DNA from: a virus
Direction: 5' to 3' (one strand)
DNA length: 64,000 nt
Virus record (IMG/VR): IMGVR_UViG_3300028025_002789
Span: 1 to 64,000 of that record
Made by a program: the position numbers and the translations under genes. How positions within the stretch are numbered: the stretch's first letter is position 1; each line of letters opens with the position of its first letter. This document shows, in pieces, positions 54,301 through 63,841 of the stretch. The notes below the pieces were generated by a model. That model ran no database searches, was not told the DNA's origin, and saw only the letters and a program-made list of their open reading frames with translations.

Positions 54301-54980
54301 AGTATGAACAATCACTAGTTGACCCAAACATGTACCTAGCACAATTTTCAAATGATCTACTAGACATGTCATTTGGAGATATTGTATATGACGCCAAGAA
54401 CTCAGAAAATACATTAAAGAGTCAAACAGTGGATGATTTTGGAACAGTAGTGAGAGAAATTTATTATGTTAAAACTAAGTTAAATACAAGACCAGCATTT
54501 CCTGTATTATGGTCTACTGGAGGAAACAAGGCAGTAAATATTATTGGACAGACAGTATCTAACTTTAATGCAGAGGCGTATGTATTAAATAATACTTCTA
54601 CAACTGTTCCATTAAGTAACGGTGCCGAAGCTGGATTCTTTATATATGGAAACAGTATTGGTCAGTCTGGAACCTTAGAATATTCAACTGACGACAGTTC
54701 AGAATACGCAAATAAAGAACCAGTAATTTTTGAGTCTAGGTGGCTACAAAATGAATATGATGTCAAGCAATTGGCAAACTTTATAAAAAATAAAGCTATT
54801 AATAAGGGCAAACTTATAGACATGGAAGTATTTGGAAACCCATTACTTTCAGTAGGAGACATAGTTAAAGTTAAATATACCTATCAGGGACTACTTGGAA
54901 CTGAATCCCTGATCATCACAGATATTAACCAATCTTTTCAGGAAGGAATAAATACATCCATTACATGTCGAACTTTGTAG
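51318..54980 (+). CDS. large tail tip/hub protein with FN3-like domain
   Basis: NLFPGSKYKFKVTP; C-terminal GNPLLSVGDIV. Confidence 0.75.
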   Translation: MIDSGKTALQNIFKQQKTIQVEAGCEIEYNMNSLIDGITISSATPDSSYTSQISGWPTGKANPYKKLFPIDSIIKPFRPLDSGIKYFVFLSNDTTSNTFSPYRSLQYPSSQPRIYYPGVTTQYKYWLGAKDTNVNLTLTYKQTSSSSIGNKHALANKIVIRFEKYHALPLSYTVTVTRSDGSIQTLGPIAPPSSGNIELNYTGSAWTQHALTEPVSYATPISIKSINLVATSPGGGEVIGVIELSARWVKDISSDVVSFDIQKESSSSSEDILPVGSVTANSITANIVKYNQSTLQTVSYNRESTSIDPSLIYLVKNAEIRPFFKVYHSGGTTVAGSYDKVKQGTFYINDFNIDAYGDTSINALDGSKYLMETLCPDIVCEFYPVTAILRRLLDSVGFSNYNFNLHATSETSIPQINYWWTDDTTTVWQAIQDLCRDIQMNSFFDENNVLQFYSRDYIYDKARSSVWDFYNEAEGSSLPNIIDFTQKEIVAANYVKVLWQSALTSNYTGTSSELWTAPTTFLSAGGLQQSITDSQMELVIDTKTIDIYSKQQAFYNFSGFVLIDSEIIEYEAIGYDVTLQNGTKEHQWIYSESDVNKYRSLSKPGYEDVNNPANTSYFKPSGRYKVKKRGALGTVAAAHSSGNSNLGNWTGREVTWDNKATTTYGTSTTPSSLDFYYNVKPKQISLTSVELDFVEPTTNPTSYIVEVQRLNDDGSNDGAAITLPAFTGNPPLLIENLFPGSKYKFKVTPKNGAVSGNSIISAVFTLSAVSYNGNFSSNPVLATALTPGKSYLTLTNSTTAKDKYVMAYRDFNGINLTSFTPNTSYPPYSYTPNTYSEAYYAFGTSIFLDSDIKSQASSAGMGFFVDDLGKTGYFIVVETTKSATAKETKSVRILKADGSGVRILADSQRTATSTFEGVYGGKQYNLDVRVKVLGNDLSIIAYVNGFKIEAKDSNGMLNAKETNKILDQTKTVSVICGNGTVAFDYVYATDMSKTKYEQSLVDPNMYLAQFSNDLLDMSFGDIVYDAKNSENTLKSQTVDDFGTVVREIYYVKTKLNTRPAFPVLWSTGGNKAVNIIGQTVSNFNAEAYVLNNTSTTVPLSNGAEAGFFIYGNSIGQSGTLEYSTDDSSEYANKEPVIFESRWLQNEYDVKQLANFIKNKAINKGKLIDMEVFGNPLLSVGDIVKVKYTYQGLLGTESLIITDINQSFQEGINTSITCRTL

Positions 54981-55004
54981 TTGACCAAATGGTATAATAT
55001 TAAA

Positions 55005-55811
55005 ATGAAAGCAGACCAATCAAAAAATAGAATCCCGTCCAAAAAGATTACTCCAGGGACTCCTATTATTCTGCAAAAAGATAGTCCAGATTTAATATTT
55101 TTAAATCCTAAAAACGTTATTATTAAAGATGGTAGCGGATTTGTTTATGATAAATTTTCAGGTGGAATTAATTTAGGAACACTTGGAGACGAAACACAAG
55201 GCGGCGACGAAAGCGTAGACTCAGATAACCCGCTTCCATTTGTAGACACCGTTGATATGACAGATATAGAAAGCATCACATTTGAAGAATATATTGATCC
55301 TACAACAAAAATAACTAAATATAATGCTATAATTAAAATTAGAAACGGTAGCGTAAATGCAAGTAGTGTTGTAGGTGTAGATGCAAGAATTTATGATTCA
55401 TCTTCATCATCATATACGGCCTCTACTGCAATCTCTGCTAATAGCAATAGCCCTACATTTATTACTCCAACACCGACAGTACCATCAGTAATTTTTGATA
55501 GAACTGGATCAACTGGAGTATCTTGGGGATGGAATGACTCAAGCGGATTTGGATCTTATGACTCAATATCCTATGAGTGGATTATAACAACTTTACAAAC
55601 TGGAGGAACGGTTATTAGTTCAGGAACAAAAGCCTATCCTTCTTCATCATATTACGGTATAGGTGATAGCGGAAAAACTAGACAATATAGAATTAGCTCT
55701 TCACAAGGAGATACGCCAGCTTCTGCATCTGCAAGATGGCTTAAAGTTAGGACAGTGGTAACTGGAACAAATGGTAAAAAATACTATTCCAATTACTCCA
55801 CTGCAATTTGA
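55005..55811 (+). CDS. minor tail protein, leaderless
   Basis: ATG 6 nt after TGGTATAAT; FN3-like C-terminus. Confidence 0.65.
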   Translation: MKADQSKNRIPSKKITPGTPIILQKDSPDLIFLNPKNVIIKDGSGFVYDKFSGGINLGTLGDETQGGDESVDSDNPLPFVDTVDMTDIESITFEEYIDPTTKITKYNAIIKIRNGSVNASSVVGVDARIYDSSSSSYTASTAISANSNSPTFITPTPTVPSVIFDRTGSTGVSWGWNDSSGFGSYDSISYEWIITTLQTGGTVISSGTKAYPSSSYYGIGDSGKTRQYRISSSQGDTPASASARWLKVRTVVTGTNGKKYYSNYSTAI

Positions 55812-55822
55812 TAGGGGACAAA

Positions 55823-56965
55823 ATGATAAAAGGTGAATATGTAATATATGAAAACGGAAAAGAAATATTCCGATCCCCTAATATTATAACAAAGTTTGGC
55901 AAAAGATACTTCACACGCCAGCTTGCTGGAATGATTCAAAATAATTCTAAAGATATGGCAATCGGAATTAGTGAATCGAAGTCTATATCTACTGTTTCTG
56001 GAAACGGTACATCTATAACATTTACTACAACTTCTGCACATGGACTATCTGTGGGTAATAAGGTTAGCATTGTGAACGTAAATCCAATAGCCTACAATTT
56101 ATCTGATGTTATAATTGATACAGTTCCAACATCCACTACTTTTACTGTACTGGGAACAACATCTTCAACATATGTATCTGGCGGGAATGTATGCTCAGAC
56201 GTAGACACTAGACTAGGATTTGAAATATACAGAACTCCAGTATCTCTTGGAAGCACAGACATACAGGTTCAAAATGATACTGCTACATATTCAATTATTT
56301 ATAAAGCTACAATACCACAAGATGTGTCTGGAGTTATATCAGAAATTGGATTATATCCATCACTAAGAACATCTTCAAATAGCTACGACAGCAAGTTTGT
56401 AGCAGATTTTGATAAGTACTTTGACTGGGTAGATTTAAATAATTATAGTCCAGCAACATCTCCAATTGGAGCAAAGGTAGGAGGAAATGTATTAACAATG
56501 ACATCTAATGCTTCTTCCTCTAATGAGTATAAGACTAACATATCTTTAGATCTAGAAGGATATAGCAATCAAGATTCTTTAACAATTGCATACTATAAAG
56601 AAGATACAAATCTTAATAAGATTACTTTAAAGTTTTATAGCTCTGATTCAGATTATTATTATGTGGATATTACTCCACAATCTGGAACTGGACATAAAAT
56701 ATCTTCCGATATTAATTTAAGCACACTATTTGGAAACATAGTAGGGTCACCATCTAAATCAGAGATTATTAAAATTGGAGTGGTAATTGTTCCAAATGCT
56801 TCTACATCTACATCTGTAGGAATAGACTCATTAAGAATTAATGATGAGGATACCTTTGACCCTTTATTTGGATTACTAAGTAGAACAATTCTTTCTTCCC
56901 CATATTTAACTAAAATGGCTGGAAGACAAATAGACATAGAGTATAGATTAGACTTGGACTTTTAA
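55823..56965 (+). CDS. minor tail/baseplate protein
   Basis: NIITKFG, ISEIGLY, TTTSAHGLSVG insert. Confidence 0.65.
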   Translation: MIKGEYVIYENGKEIFRSPNIITKFGKRYFTRQLAGMIQNNSKDMAIGISESKSISTVSGNGTSITFTTTSAHGLSVGNKVSIVNVNPIAYNLSDVIIDTVPTSTTFTVLGTTSSTYVSGGNVCSDVDTRLGFEIYRTPVSLGSTDIQVQNDTATYSIIYKATIPQDVSGVISEIGLYPSLRTSSNSYDSKFVADFDKYFDWVDLNNYSPATSPIGAKVGGNVLTMTSNASSSNEYKTNISLDLEGYSNQDSLTIAYYKEDTNLNKITLKFYSSDSDYYYVDITPQSGTGHKISSDINLSTLFGNIVGSPSKSEIIKIGVVIVPNASTSTSVGIDSLRINDEDTFDPLFGLLSRTILSSPYLTKMAGRQIDIEYRLDLDF

Positions 56966-59371
56966 ATGGCATATGAAGACCTATTAAAAGATACCTCTAG
57001 GGTTGATTCAAGCAATAGTAATTACTTTTTAGTTACTATTACAGATATAGATGTAAACCAGTCATACCCAATTCAATTTAGATGGAAATATAATGATGGA
57101 ACATTTTCTCCATGGTCTGCGGTTAGAGTAATAACAACTCCTGGAGAATCGGATCCAAATACTCCTAAATTTGTTTCTACAAATGTAGATGTGTCTACTC
57201 CTGGATTTTTAAAAATTACATGGGATGGAACTTCTGATGATGCTACACCAACACCACTTACAGATATAGATAGAGTAGATGTTTATATAAATGGTTTGCC
57301 ATTTGATGGAACAAAGCCAGCAGCATCATTTAAAACAGCTGGCACACAAGTAATAGCAGCTCCAGGTGGAACATATCAAATAGTTTTATACGCTGTTTCA
57401 AAACTAGGTAAACTTTCACCAGTTAGCGCAGCAGTTACTAAAACAGTTTCAGACATAAGCAACCCAGTAGTTGATCCAGAAGATCCAGAAGCGCCAACCG
57501 TAACCGCAGGACTTGCATCTGTTATCGTTGAATGGAGTGGTAAAAAAACTGGTGGTTTAGATTTTCCCACAGGAAGCTTTGCTGGAGCAAAAGTATTTAT
57601 AGGAACCTCAGCAGGATTTACTCCAAGTGACAACAACTGGGTACACACATTAAATTTTGCAAATGGTTCAAACAAAGTATCAATTGGCGTAGGAACAATT
57701 ATTGATAAAACTGCTGGAACCCTTCTACAATACAATACTCCATACTATGTAAAAATAGATACGATTAACGCAAGTGGCACATCAAATAATAATCCCATTG
57801 CAGCCTCTGGTAATCCAATTACTGTAAATAAAGTTGCCGCAAGCGAAATTAAAACAGGAACACTTGCAGCAGATGCATCAATTACGGCTGGAATAGATGG
57901 TGGATCTAGGGTTGTTTTATCTGGTGGAGCCAACCCACTTGTAATATATGGAACTAATGGAACTACAGAATTATTAAAATTTACTGGTGGAGCAACTGGA
58001 ACATTAACCGTAAATGGAGGCGGAACATTTACAGGAGATTTATCAGCTGGATCAGGATCCTCTATATTTAAATCAGATACAAGCGGAATATATCTTGGAA
58101 ATGCAGTATATGCTTCTGCGCCGTTTAGTGTTTCTAGAAATGGTGTATTAAAAGCAGAGTCTGGAACTATTGGAGGATGGGTTCTTGGAAGCACATATTT
58201 ACAAAATGCTTCAGTATCCCCAACAATCAAAATTGACACTACTGGAATTATAGTAGGATCTACATCTAATCCATATATTGATATCACATCTTCTGGTATT
58301 ACTCATAGAAATGCAAATGGAACCGCAAGCGGCAAATTTACTTTAACCACTGGGCCGTCAGCGCAATTAACAATTGATGGCACATTTACAATTAGTGGGT
58401 CCTCAACCATTGATGGAACAGCAGCATCTACAGTTGTATCTAATGCTTCAACTGGGTCAACAGCAATTCAATCTGGAAATGGAGTTACAAAAAATTCTAG
58501 TAATCAAATAACTAGAATTAGTACTAATGGTGGAATTGTAGTTTCAAGTTCTACAGCTTCAAGCGGAGCAAGAGTAGAATTAACAAATACTGGATTTTAT
58601 TCTTATAACGGAAGCGGTCAGGAAACTGTTAGTATAAATGCATCAGATGGATCCGCCTCATTTGCTGGAACAGTAAATGCTAATTCTGGATACTTAGGAA
58701 ACTCATCTTCTGGATGGAATATTACATCTACATCGATAAATAATAACGCTAGTACATCAGCAGGAGTTACAGCAATTTTTGCAACCCCATCTGCTGGATA
58801 TAGCATACTTGTTCCTGGAAAAATAGTTTCTGACGGCGGATTCCAGTCAGATCTTGGAATTCAATTAGTAAGAGGCGGAAGCACAACTTCAAACTCATTC
58901 TGGAAGTCTCTTGGAAACATGTCACCATTTTTTGACAACGGATATACAGTTGGCTCATCTAGCTGGAAATGGTCTGCAATATGGGCATACACTGGAACAA
59001 TTCAGACTTCTGATCAAAGGCTTAAAAAAGATATTATAGAGTCTAGTCTGGGCCTAGAATTCATTAATGCTCTAAATCCAGTTTCTTATAAATGGATAAT
59101 TGGAGGACGAAAGCCAATATATGACGAAGAAACAAAATCTTTTACAAGCACAGAAGATGTACCAGGAACAAGAACACATTATGGATTTTTGGCACAAGAA
59201 GTAAAACAAGCTTTAGATACGGTGGCACCTGGAAAAGATTTCTCTGGCTGGGTTCTAACAGATAAAGATGATCCAGAGTCTGAGCAAGCACTAAGATATG
59301 AAGAATTTATATCCCCAATGGTAAAGGCCATACAAGAGTTATCAGCAAGGCTTGACGCCCTAGAAGCATAA
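56966..59371 (+). CDS. tail fibre/spike with C-terminal S74 intramolecular chaperone
   Basis: TSDQRLKKDI...GFLAQEV...KAIQEL. Confidence 0.88.
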   Translation: MAYEDLLKDTSRVDSSNSNYFLVTITDIDVNQSYPIQFRWKYNDGTFSPWSAVRVITTPGESDPNTPKFVSTNVDVSTPGFLKITWDGTSDDATPTPLTDIDRVDVYINGLPFDGTKPAASFKTAGTQVIAAPGGTYQIVLYAVSKLGKLSPVSAAVTKTVSDISNPVVDPEDPEAPTVTAGLASVIVEWSGKKTGGLDFPTGSFAGAKVFIGTSAGFTPSDNNWVHTLNFANGSNKVSIGVGTIIDKTAGTLLQYNTPYYVKIDTINASGTSNNNPIAASGNPITVNKVAASEIKTGTLAADASITAGIDGGSRVVLSGGANPLVIYGTNGTTELLKFTGGATGTLTVNGGGTFTGDLSAGSGSSIFKSDTSGIYLGNAVYASAPFSVSRNGVLKAESGTIGGWVLGSTYLQNASVSPTIKIDTTGIIVGSTSNPYIDITSSGITHRNANGTASGKFTLTTGPSAQLTIDGTFTISGSSTIDGTAASTVVSNASTGSTAIQSGNGVTKNSSNQITRISTNGGIVVSSSTASSGARVELTNTGFYSYNGSGQETVSINASDGSASFAGTVNANSGYLGNSSSGWNITSTSINNNASTSAGVTAIFATPSAGYSILVPGKIVSDGGFQSDLGIQLVRGGSTTSNSFWKSLGNMSPFFDNGYTVGSSSWKWSAIWAYTGTIQTSDQRLKKDIIESSLGLEFINALNPVSYKWIIGGRKPIYDEETKSFTSTEDVPGTRTHYGFLAQEVKQALDTVAPGKDFSGWVLTDKDDPESEQALRYEEFISPMVKAIQELSARLDALEA

Positions 59372-59403
59372 TGCTATTATAGGTATCTACAGATAGGATA
59401 GTT

Positions 59404-59559
59404 ATGTCAAATAAGGCAGAATTAGTAATTACCGCTCTACAACAGCGTATAGGAGAAATTGTATCTAATTATGAAACTCAGATTGCAGTTTTACGTGCAG
59501 AGATTACTCAACTTATGGAAGCAAATGATTCGAAAGAAACAGACACAGACTCTAACTAA
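59404..59559 (+). CDS. small coiled-coil protein (51 aa)
   Basis: Manual: MSNKAELVITALQQRIGEIVSNYETQIAVLRAEITQLMEANDSKETDTDSN. Confidence 0.7.
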   Translation: MSNKAELVITALQQRIGEIVSNYETQIAVLRAEITQLMEANDSKETDTDSN

Positions 59560-59914
59560 TCCAGTAATACTTCCATCAGGTCTAGCAGTAAAAACAGACA
59601 GTGGAGTATATTGGGTTAAAGACGGTAAAAGGTTTAAACTTATATCTGACCGTGCCGCAAAGTCATGGAATTTCCCTACAGTAAATGCTACAGATCAAGC
59701 AGTTTCCTCTATGAAAATTGTTGGAAAACTAGGATTCAGAGACGGAACCTTGATAAAGAACATAGCAGATGGTAAAATATATTTAGTATCACAGAATAAA
59801 CGTAGGCATATAGTAACCCCAGATTCGTTTGCTAAATATGGCCTTAATAGATCTAGCACGATAGAAGTTAGTGAATCTGAAACAAATATGCACGACTTAG
59901 GAGAAAACTTATAA
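59525..59914 (+). CDS. hypothetical protein
   Basis: RDGTLIK...IYLV..NKRRHI; start moved to ATG 59525. Confidence 0.75.
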   Translation: MIRKKQTQTLTNPVILPSGLAVKTDSGVYWVKDGKRFKLISDRAAKSWNFPTVNATDQAVSSMKIVGKLGFRDGTLIKNIADGKIYLVSQNKRRHIVTPDSFAKYGLNRSSTIEVSESETNMHDLGENL

Positions 59915-60309
59915 TGGCATCTTTAATACCAGTAACTTTCAATGAAGGTGAGCCATTAGACGTTACTAAGTTAAATAATCTTAGGCTTAATATTACAGAA
60001 ACATATGCTACGGCAGCGGCTCTTCAGAACGCTACTCTTGACGGCAAATCAATTCCAGTAATTGACTCTGGAACAGTACAGGTAAAAACTAAAGTTGGAA
60101 AATCAGATCCAGTAAATTTACCAATTAATCCAAACTTTTCTGGAACACCAATGTTTATTGTATCAATTGGTGGAGGGTCTACTTCTGGAGCACAGATCAC
60201 CCTAGCTATTCAAAATGCAGCATCAGCCCCACAAGTATATGCAATTTCAAATAAAGCTGATTTAAATATAGTAGTTAATTATATAGCAATAGAAAAAAAG
60301 AGTATTTAG
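59914..60309 (+). CDS. hypothetical structural protein
   Basis: F.EGEPLD..KLN; ends VNYIAI. Confidence 0.7.
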   Translation: MASLIPVTFNEGEPLDVTKLNNLRLNITETYATAAALQNATLDGKSIPVIDSGTVQVKTKVGKSDPVNLPINPNFSGTPMFIVSIGGGSTSGAQITLAIQNAASAPQVYAISNKADLNIVVNYIAIEKKSI

Positions 60310-60312
60310 TAC

Positions 60313-60376
60313 TTGACACCTCAAATCAATATGTTACAATTACTGTAACATTAAAGTCACGGCCTCGTGACTTTTT
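60313..60376 (+). promoter_or_regulatory. promoter with overlapping palindrome and downstream hairpin
   Basis: TTGACA-16-TACAAT; ATGTTACA..TGTAACAT; AAAGTCACG..CGTGACTTTTT. Confidence 0.55.
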
Positions 60377-60393
60377 CCACATTAAGGTATAAA

Positions 60394-61194
60394 ATGAGTA
60401 ACGATTTAAAATGGATGCTATCTTCAGATCAGCAGTTTCCATATCAAGATGATAAGATGATTGCCCTGTGGTTTAAAGTCATGAAATGGTTTAAGCCAGA
60501 CGTAGTTGACTACCTTGGAGATACAGATGATCAGGCATGCTATAGCAAATACACGGAAGGTAAGTCAGCAGAGTTTTTAAACTATCATAAGAGTGATAGT
60601 AAAGATTTAATTGTTCCAATGATGCGCCATGAAGCAAAGGGTGCAAGGGATTTTTATGCTAAGACAAGAGAGATGTTGCCAGATGCACAATTATTTTCAG
60701 CATTAGGTAATCACGATATTAGAATATTTAATTATGTAGACGCAAAGCTTCCAGAATATATTTCTGAGGTAACACCAGAGTCCATGTGGAGCTTAGATTC
60801 ATTAGGATATGAATATATTTATTACAATGAATTACCAAAGAGACGTTTTGGAGACATTCACGTACATCACGGACTTTCAATTGCAGCAGGTGGAGCAGTA
60901 AGAAAAGACATGGAAGATCTACAAATATCTTTAATACGTGGGCACTCACATAGAATTGCTTCACATATGGTAACCTATGAGCTTAGAAATAATGGAGAAG
61001 GCGAAACACTTCGTGGCTACGAAATTGGTCACATGTGTGACGAAAAGAGTGACGGAATGAAATATAGCCAACACCATGATTGGCAAAAGGGATTTGCAGT
61101 TGCTCACATTGTAAATGATTACCCACATATTCAAATGATTCACATTGCCCCAGATTACTCATGCGTTGTGGATGGAAAAGTATTCACGCTATGA
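60394..61194 (+). CDS. calcineurin-like metallophosphoesterase
   Basis: SDQQ, LGD, GNHD, HHG, GHSH. Confidence 0.88.
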   Translation: MSNDLKWMLSSDQQFPYQDDKMIALWFKVMKWFKPDVVDYLGDTDDQACYSKYTEGKSAEFLNYHKSDSKDLIVPMMRHEAKGARDFYAKTREMLPDAQLFSALGNHDIRIFNYVDAKLPEYISEVTPESMWSLDSLGYEYIYYNELPKRRFGDIHVHHGLSIAAGGAVRKDMEDLQISLIRGHSHRIASHMVTYELRNNGEGETLRGYEIGHMCDEKSDGMKYSQHHDWQKGFAVAHIVNDYPHIQMIHIAPDYSCVVDGKVFTL

Positions 61195-61379
61195 TGAAAT
61201 GTCAGAGATGTAAGGGCAGAGTATTTATTGATAGAGTGTTTTCACAAAAATTACATATAGAACTTTTCTGCATATTGTGTGGAAAACGATGGATGATCAA
61301 CAAAGAATTGAATGCATTTGCCAAATGGTTAGATCAAAACGACAGAGAACACGCAAAAAATTACTCTATTTCTTCTTAA
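61191..61379 (+). CDS. Zn-ribbon protein
   Basis: CQRC...CILCG. Confidence 0.75.
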   Translation: MMKCQRCKGRVFIDRVFSQKLHIELFCILCGKRWMINKELNAFAKWLDQNDREHAKNYSISS

Positions 61380-61807
61380 ACGGGAAGATACATAAAGTAA
61401 TTAGAACATCAAAAGCTAGGGATGAGCTAGTTGCTTGGTGCTACCCAGATAAAAAAAGAGTTATGTATGCCTATTCTCAGGTAAAAAAGAATATGGGTAA
61501 TGCTTACTCTATTAAAAATGTATGCGAAATCTTAAATAGGCACAGAGTTACGGTAGAAGAATATATTCTTCAGGGCAAAATTAAAGAGCCTCAGAGAGTT
61601 TATCCTATTAGTAACCCAGACTCAACATGGTATAAGTTTATGTTTAGCGAGTCCGATATATACGATTTGCACCAATTTATACTAGATGCTGGCTATACAA
61701 AAGATTTTCCATCTAAGGCAGAATTGACTGCTCTTCTCAAACACAACTTAATATTGTATACTAAGACAGACGAGGGTAGCTTCGTACCAGTATGGAAGGC
61801 GGAATAA
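61325..61807 (+). CDS. MerR/excisionase-like HTH DNA-binding protein
   Basis: YSIKNVCEILNRHRVTVEEYILQGKI...FSESDI. Confidence 0.65.
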   Translation: MVRSKRQRTRKKLLYFFLNGKIHKVIRTSKARDELVAWCYPDKKRVMYAYSQVKKNMGNAYSIKNVCEILNRHRVTVEEYILQGKIKEPQRVYPISNPDSTWYKFMFSESDIYDLHQFILDAGYTKDFPSKAELTALLKHNLILYTKTDEGSFVPVWKAE

Positions 61808-62013
61808 TGGCAGAGACTAGAGTAAAGGTAGATCTTTCTTTTACTAGAAATCTTGGTAACTACGAGAGTATCAAGATAGGTATTGGTATTGAGGATGATA
61901 TTAGGCATGGAGAAAATGTTGATACTGCAACAGAAAGAGTTTATAAGTTTGTAGAAGAAAAGCTTATTCAAAAAACTCGTGAGGTAGAGGAAGAATTAAA
62001 GCATGGCAAATAA
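61807..62013 (+). CDS. hypothetical protein (TRNLGNYES motif)
   Basis: Coupled ORF. Confidence 0.75.
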   Translation: MAETRVKVDLSFTRNLGNYESIKIGIGIEDDIRHGENVDTATERVYKFVEEKLIQKTREVEEELKHGK

Positions 62014-62320
62014 TAGAGAGCCTTATATTTTGCTAACAATGTATCAAAATCTATATAGCGAAAAATATGGTAAGGCTGCTACTATAAATAAGTTTAGAGA
62101 GAAGTGGGGAATGCAAGACGTTATAGAGAGTGTTGGCTTTGATCGTGCAAAACAACTTATTGAGTATTATTTCACAACATCAAAGATAAACCACACACTG
62201 CAATTCTTCTTCTATAACTTTGACAAGCTAGACATAATGCAAAAAGAAATTGAAAAGGATAAAGCAAACCGTAAACTATTACGGCAGGCTACTAAAAGAT
62301 TAGTGGAGGGCGGAGAATAA
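62003..62320 (+). CDS. hypothetical protein upstream of helicase
   Basis: Coupled ORF. Confidence 0.75.
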   Translation: MANNREPYILLTMYQNLYSEKYGKAATINKFREKWGMQDVIESVGFDRAKQLIEYYFTTSKINHTLQFFFYNFDKLDIMQKEIEKDKANRKLLRQATKRLVEGGE

Positions 62321-63558
62321 TGAATACAGAAGCAACTTTAATATCTGCGGTATGCAAAAATAAAGACATTAGCACTCTGCTAGCAGACAATGTTGATGAA
62401 CTGTTTACCTCTCATAGAGATATATGGGAAGGCCTAAAATCGTATTACTATAAGTTTAAAGCTGTGCCAGAAGTTGGAGTTCTTCAGGAGAAGTTTAAAG
62501 ACTTTGAGCCAGACAATAATGTAAAAGCAGAAACTGGATACTATTTAGATACACTAAAGAATGAATACCTTTCTGCAAGACTAAAGAGTGTTATTCTTAG
62601 AAGTGGTTCTGCATTAAAAGAAGAGGCAGCATCCAGAGTACTTGCTGAAATGCAAAGTCAGTTAGCAGGCCTATCAAAGTTTACAAACAATGTTCGTGAC
62701 TTAGACGTAACAGATTTAGAATCAGCAGAAAGACATTTTCAATCAGTAAAAGATCGTTCTGCAGTAATGGGTGGAAGTCCAGGAATATCAACTGGATTCC
62801 AAGCTATTGATACAGCATATCCAACTGGTATGGCTCCAGGACATTTAATTGTTGCAATTGGTTGGCCAGGAAAAGGTAAGACATGGTTCACATCGTATCT
62901 TGCATGTAAGGCATGGGAGCAAGGATTTAAGCCAATGATCATATCCCTTGAAATGTCTCCAGAAAATATGCGTGATCGTATTTATACAATGTTGGGATCT
63001 GGCCTATTCAAGGCTAGTGATTTATCAAAAGGTGATATTAATATAGATGATTTCAGGACGTGGGGTAAAAAGAAGTTTGAAGGAAAGAATAGCTTTGTCC
63101 TTGTATCTAATGAAGGCACGGCTGAAGTTACTCCTGCTACGGTACAAGGTAAGATCGATCAGCACAAACCAGATCTCGTTATCTTGGATTATCATCAGCT
63201 CTTTAATGATAATAAGCGCAGTAATTCTGAAGTAGAGCGTAACCGTAATATTTCTCGTGAGTTTAAGTTGCTTGCTGTATCTAATAATATTCCAATTATA
63301 GATATTACTGCTGCAACTGCTGACGACATTTCAGATCAAGAGAATCCGCCTATGATGTCACAGGTTGCTTGGTCAAAAGCAATTGAGTATGATGCTGATA
63401 TGGCTATGGCTATTCATAGATATCCAGGAACAAATTTAATTGAAGTTGTTTCAAGAAAGAATAGACACGGGCACGAGTTTGATTTCCACCTAGACTGGGA
63501 TATCAATAGAGGTATTATTAAAGAGTTATATGACTACGTACCACCACAAACAAATTAA
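62320..63558 (+). CDS. DnaB-like replicative helicase
   Basis: GWPGKGKT, SLEM, ILDY, IEYDAD, KNRHG. Confidence 0.92.
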   Translation: MNTEATLISAVCKNKDISTLLADNVDELFTSHRDIWEGLKSYYYKFKAVPEVGVLQEKFKDFEPDNNVKAETGYYLDTLKNEYLSARLKSVILRSGSALKEEAASRVLAEMQSQLAGLSKFTNNVRDLDVTDLESAERHFQSVKDRSAVMGGSPGISTGFQAIDTAYPTGMAPGHLIVAIGWPGKGKTWFTSYLACKAWEQGFKPMIISLEMSPENMRDRIYTMLGSGLFKASDLSKGDINIDDFRTWGKKKFEGKNSFVLVSNEGTAEVTPATVQGKIDQHKPDLVILDYHQLFNDNKRSNSEVERNRNISREFKLLAVSNNIPIIDITAATADDISDQENPPMMSQVAWSKAIEYDADMAMAIHRYPGTNLIEVVSRKNRHGHEFDFHLDWDINRGIIKELYDYVPPQTN

Positions 63559-63841
63559 AAGATTTCAGGTGTCTGTACAATTTCGTGACGATTCTGACAT
63601 AATTAGAATGAGGCATCAGTACGAAAGCTTATTGTTAGATAAAATGCGTGGAGATGGATATGCAAGAATACTTGACATAGACACTGCATTTTCGATAGAA
63701 TTTACTGGAGAGACATGGAAGTTCTTAATGACTCTTCAGGGAATATACGTAGGAAGGAAAAAGGCATGGCAATCAGAGGGAATTACGCAAGGAAAGTTGA
63801 TTCCACGCAGTACTCGCCAAACCACATTAAGTCAATTCTAA
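63530..63841 (+). CDS. hypothetical protein
   Basis: ORF between helicase and primase. Confidence 0.7.
   Translation: MTTYHHKQIKRFQVSVQFRDDSDIIRMRHQYESLLLDKMRGDGYARILDIDTAFSIEFTGETWKFLMTLQGIYVGRKKAWQSEGITQGKLIPRSTRQTTLSQF

Noticed and set aside
16466-58958. Many minus-strand and alternate-frame ORFs in the structural region (e.g. 37784..38470, 57745..58287, 30572..30958)
   Set aside because: They lie fully inside well-supported + strand genes and are expected from codon bias and collagen repeats.
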